From the NCBI GenBank assembly GCA_001938485.1, contig MQRK01255235.1, forward strand, positions 1-51,490: a stretch of DNA of 51,490 nt, in the 5' to 3' direction. Positions 48,180 to 51,490 of the stretch are shown here, one piece after another. This DNA is from Girardia tigrina (taxonomy: Eukaryota). Under the pieces are notes generated by a model. It was not told the origin of the DNA. It was given only the letters and a program-made list of their open reading frames with translations, and searched no databases. Numbering within the stretch: position 1 is the stretch's first letter; the number at the start of each line of letters is the position of its first letter. The position numbers and the translations under genes were made by a program.

Positions 48180-49090
48180 AAATCATATTCTGTTACAATG
48201 AAACTTGAGATTGTATCATACGTTAAAGCACATGGAAATAGATTTGCTGAGCGACATTATAAAGTTAATGAAAGATACATCCGCAATTGGAGAAAATTAA
48301 AAACAGTTTTGGTGAAGATGCCACTAACTAAAGACACGAGAAGAACAAAGGTATATTGACCAGAACTGGTGGCTGAGCTTCAAGAATGGGTGATAGACAC
48401 CAGAACGGTAAGCAGAGAGGTCTCAACTGTTGCCATCCGAATAAAAATAAAATTGCAACGAAATGGAATATTTCTAGTTTTGGTGGCAATGGTAAGTGGT
48501 AACACAGCTTTATGAGGCTTGATAATCTGTCGGTTCAAGCTGTACCTTCAGTTGGACAAAAGTTGCCTCAAGACTTGAATAGAATATGGCGAGTTTCAAG
48601 ATTTATTTGGAACAAAAGAAAAAATGTTGAGTTGGCTTCCATAGTTAATATAGTTGAAGTGATAATGAGCTTTTATTTGCCTATCAAAATAACAGTTGAT
48701 GCGATTGGTACCGAAGGTATACAGATCTGAACAGCAAACTCTGAAAAGTGCAATTTTACCATTGTATTGTGTGTCACTGCTGACGAGGGAAAGTGCACAC
48801 CAGTGTTAATTTTCAAATGGAAAACAATACCAAAAGAGAAATTACCAAGTGACATATTTGTGAAGGTAAATGAAATGGATGAATGAATGAACAAATGTTT
48901 AGCGAGTGGCAAACCGAAATATGCGAAAGATGAAAAGGAAAAGGACTATTTAATATGAAATTCGTTTTGATTTATGAGTCAGCAAAGTATCATTTTACAG
49001 AAAGCGTGAAGAAAGTCGTTTTGAAACATGCTCAACCAGTGGTCATCTCAATGAGGATGGCAAAGAAACTACAGCAACTGGATTAAGCGT
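48180..49090 (+). mobile_element. Degenerate pogo/POGK-like transposase
   Basis: Brinker-type DBD YSVTMKLEIVSYVKAHGNRFAERHYKVNERYIRNWRK; CENP-B HTH PELVAELQEWV; DDE-region EKCNFTIVLCVTADEGK..PVLIFK and KKLQQLD. Many stops. Confidence 0.8.
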
Positions 49091-49483
49091 TATATATAAT
49101 TTTATATCGATATAAATAATACCTTTTTAGAAAATTTGAAAAATCTTTCAGTCTTCATTTCATAGATTCAGTCTTGTGTGTATAATTTAAATCTATTAAA
49201 TATAAGTTTGATGTATATATAATTTCTATGTATTAATAATTATTTACATCATTTTCTAGTCATAACTATCTCGTAACAGGCCTTCAAAAACTTCCAGTCC
49301 AATTAATTTTTAACAAAAATACAGGGGAGGAATTCCACGTGATAAGTTGCCCCAATTTCATCAAAAATGGATATCGGATACATAGTATAACTAAAGGTAC
49401 TCTTGATATATATTTGTATGTTAATTTTAAATTAACACTTAGTCTTACTTTTTCCATTCTTTTTATTAACATACTTTCTATAT

Positions 49484-49523
<40 letters not shown>

Positions 49524-50444
49524 CCATGGAATTTAGAAACCTGTTTTTGAAGACCTTCTACTCAATAAATGATTATGTAAAATTTTGATCGAAAAAATAT
49601 TTTTAAGGTCCCAAAATGGGAAAAAATGGAAAATTCAGAGTTCCCGAACAATATTAATTTCAAGATATATACTTATAAATTATAAGTAGTTTATATTAAT
49701 TTTTAATGTTTTTTTAATTAAATTTTTTTTAAATTTTAATAACTTTATTGTCAAAGTAGAATTCTGTCTGCATAAAGAATTTTTTTTATAAAATTTTTTA
49801 TATAAAAAATTTAATTTTTTATTTACTAGCTCATATTTTAACTCACTTGGTGTAAATTTACATGAGTCTTGTTGATTAAAATAACAAAGTTTTACAATTA
49901 AAACAAGCCATTGTAACATCTTTACATCACAATTGGCTTTATCATCCGAAGTTTAATTGTACAATTCTTTTCAAGAGCTATTTTTTAATTATATTAGTAC
50001 TCTTCCTTTTTTCAATAATCAAACTTGCCCGAAAAACAATATAATCTTCAAATTCGTGTTTAACAGGATCAAAGAATTCTTACATTCTCAGATTCCACCT
50101 TACTTTAGTGAACCATCATTTAGAAATGATCCCTCGAATTCTTTTTGAAATGCATTATTTATTATTTTTTGTCATTTAGATGTTTTTTGTATAAATTATA
50201 ATGATAATATGATTCATACAAATTAACCGATAAAATTTTCTTTTATACCACTGGTTCTTAATCTTTTGTTGTTTATATACCGCACAGCATATATGGGATT
50301 ACGTAGCGTACCCCATTATCAATTTTAAATAAAAATATTACCTATCTATAAAAAAGCGTCATTTCTATTTTTGAACAATTGAACTAAAAAATAATTGACA
50401 AAATTCATATTCCTTTCATTAAATACTGTAACTTTAATATTTTT

Positions 50445-50481
<37 letters not shown>

Positions 50482-50499
50482 TGAATCTACATTTGCGAA

Positions 50500-50860
50500 G
50501 CGTTTGTGTCAAATGACCGAGTCCCAAAAGAACGAAATTAATTATTACAAAATTTATTATTCTAAAATAAAATACACTTAAAATAAGTTAGGAGGAATAT
50601 TTTAAATGTTATATGTAGTATTATGTTATTTTTCATGTTAAATTGAGATTATTTTATTTTAAAATGAGTTTTCAATTAAAATTCAGATTTTAAATGTCCT
50701 AAAATTATAAAAATAAAGAAAATGAAACATTATCAATCTTAAATGAAAAAATTTCATTTTCAAATAAAGAATCTCTATTTCAAATAAAAAAATCTTGATT
50801 TATGAAAATAATTTTGTAATAATTTCGGTCTTTTAGGATTCGGTCATTTGAACCGATCCC
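50500..50860. mobile_element. Probable TIR element
   Basis: Imperfect inverted ends tcaaatgaccgagtcccaaaagaacgaaatta / taatttcggtcttttaggattcggtcatttga. Confidence 0.5.
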
Positions 50861-51490
50861 ATTCGCGAAATACTTTTTTGTATCCAGTTCATATTTAATT
50901 AATATTAAATGAAGATTGTGTTCTATATTTATTTTTAACTGTTAACTTAGTAAAAATAACTATTTCCATCACGAGTGCGTACACGGCCATTTTTTTTAGT
51001 TTTTGTGAATAAAAGTTATATTTACTCTTCTTATTTAAGTCAAAATTTTCCAAGTCCCGAATTTTCGGATTCTATTTTAAGATTACTATCACTAGAAAGT
51101 TTATTTAGTGTTATTTTTCTACATAAGAGAACTTCTTAGACAGATATTTAAAGCGGGTTTCGTATCCATAAATATTCTTCAAAACTTTGTACTAGCATTT
51201 TAAAGTATCATTTTTGCCATAATTAGGGGTTCCAAATCCCGGCATTTTCCTGATCCCGGAATTACACAATATTTTAAATTTAATTTTTAATCTAGTTCAA
51301 ATGTTAATTATTTTAATACAAATATATTATTTTTAATTAAAATTTTGATATTTTATTTTAAATCTAAAACAAGAAACATTAATACAACTAAAAGTTATAG
51401 AATATTTATTTATTTAAGACATTATACACTAGAATCACTGACAATTTTGGAAATATAGGGTTGTTAGTATATATATATATATATATATAT

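Overview
AT-rich eukaryotic (animal) genomic scaffold with assembly gaps, many (TA)n microsatellites and short ~48-64 nt introns. The cecropia-type mariner, intron sizes and composition are compatible with a planarian or other flatworm, but that is an inference. Most of the window is layered transposon debris: two long degenerate Ty3/gypsy elements (6.9-10.1 kb + strand; 23.2-27.8 kb - strand), further gypsy fragments and solo LTRs, mariner, pogo, hAT and piggyBac-like elements and MITEs, a LINE fragment, and Penelope-like (PLE) remnants. Host genes: a tandem CCCH zinc-finger exon, the 3' exons of a PIH1D1-like gene, a 459-aa Ser-rich single-exon orphan ORF, a frameshifted ADPRM-like metallophosphoesterase, and the 5' part of a multi-exon PMS1-like MutL gene. 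Two things the ORF track misses stand out. (1) A spliced minus-strand gene for a ~57-aa secreted peptide with a C-C-CC-C-C (knottin-like) cysteine pattern. (2) Three long fold-back palindromes, each arm carrying a TATA-like motif, a minimal type I hammerhead ribozyme and AATAAA, derived from Penelope-like pseudo-LTRs.
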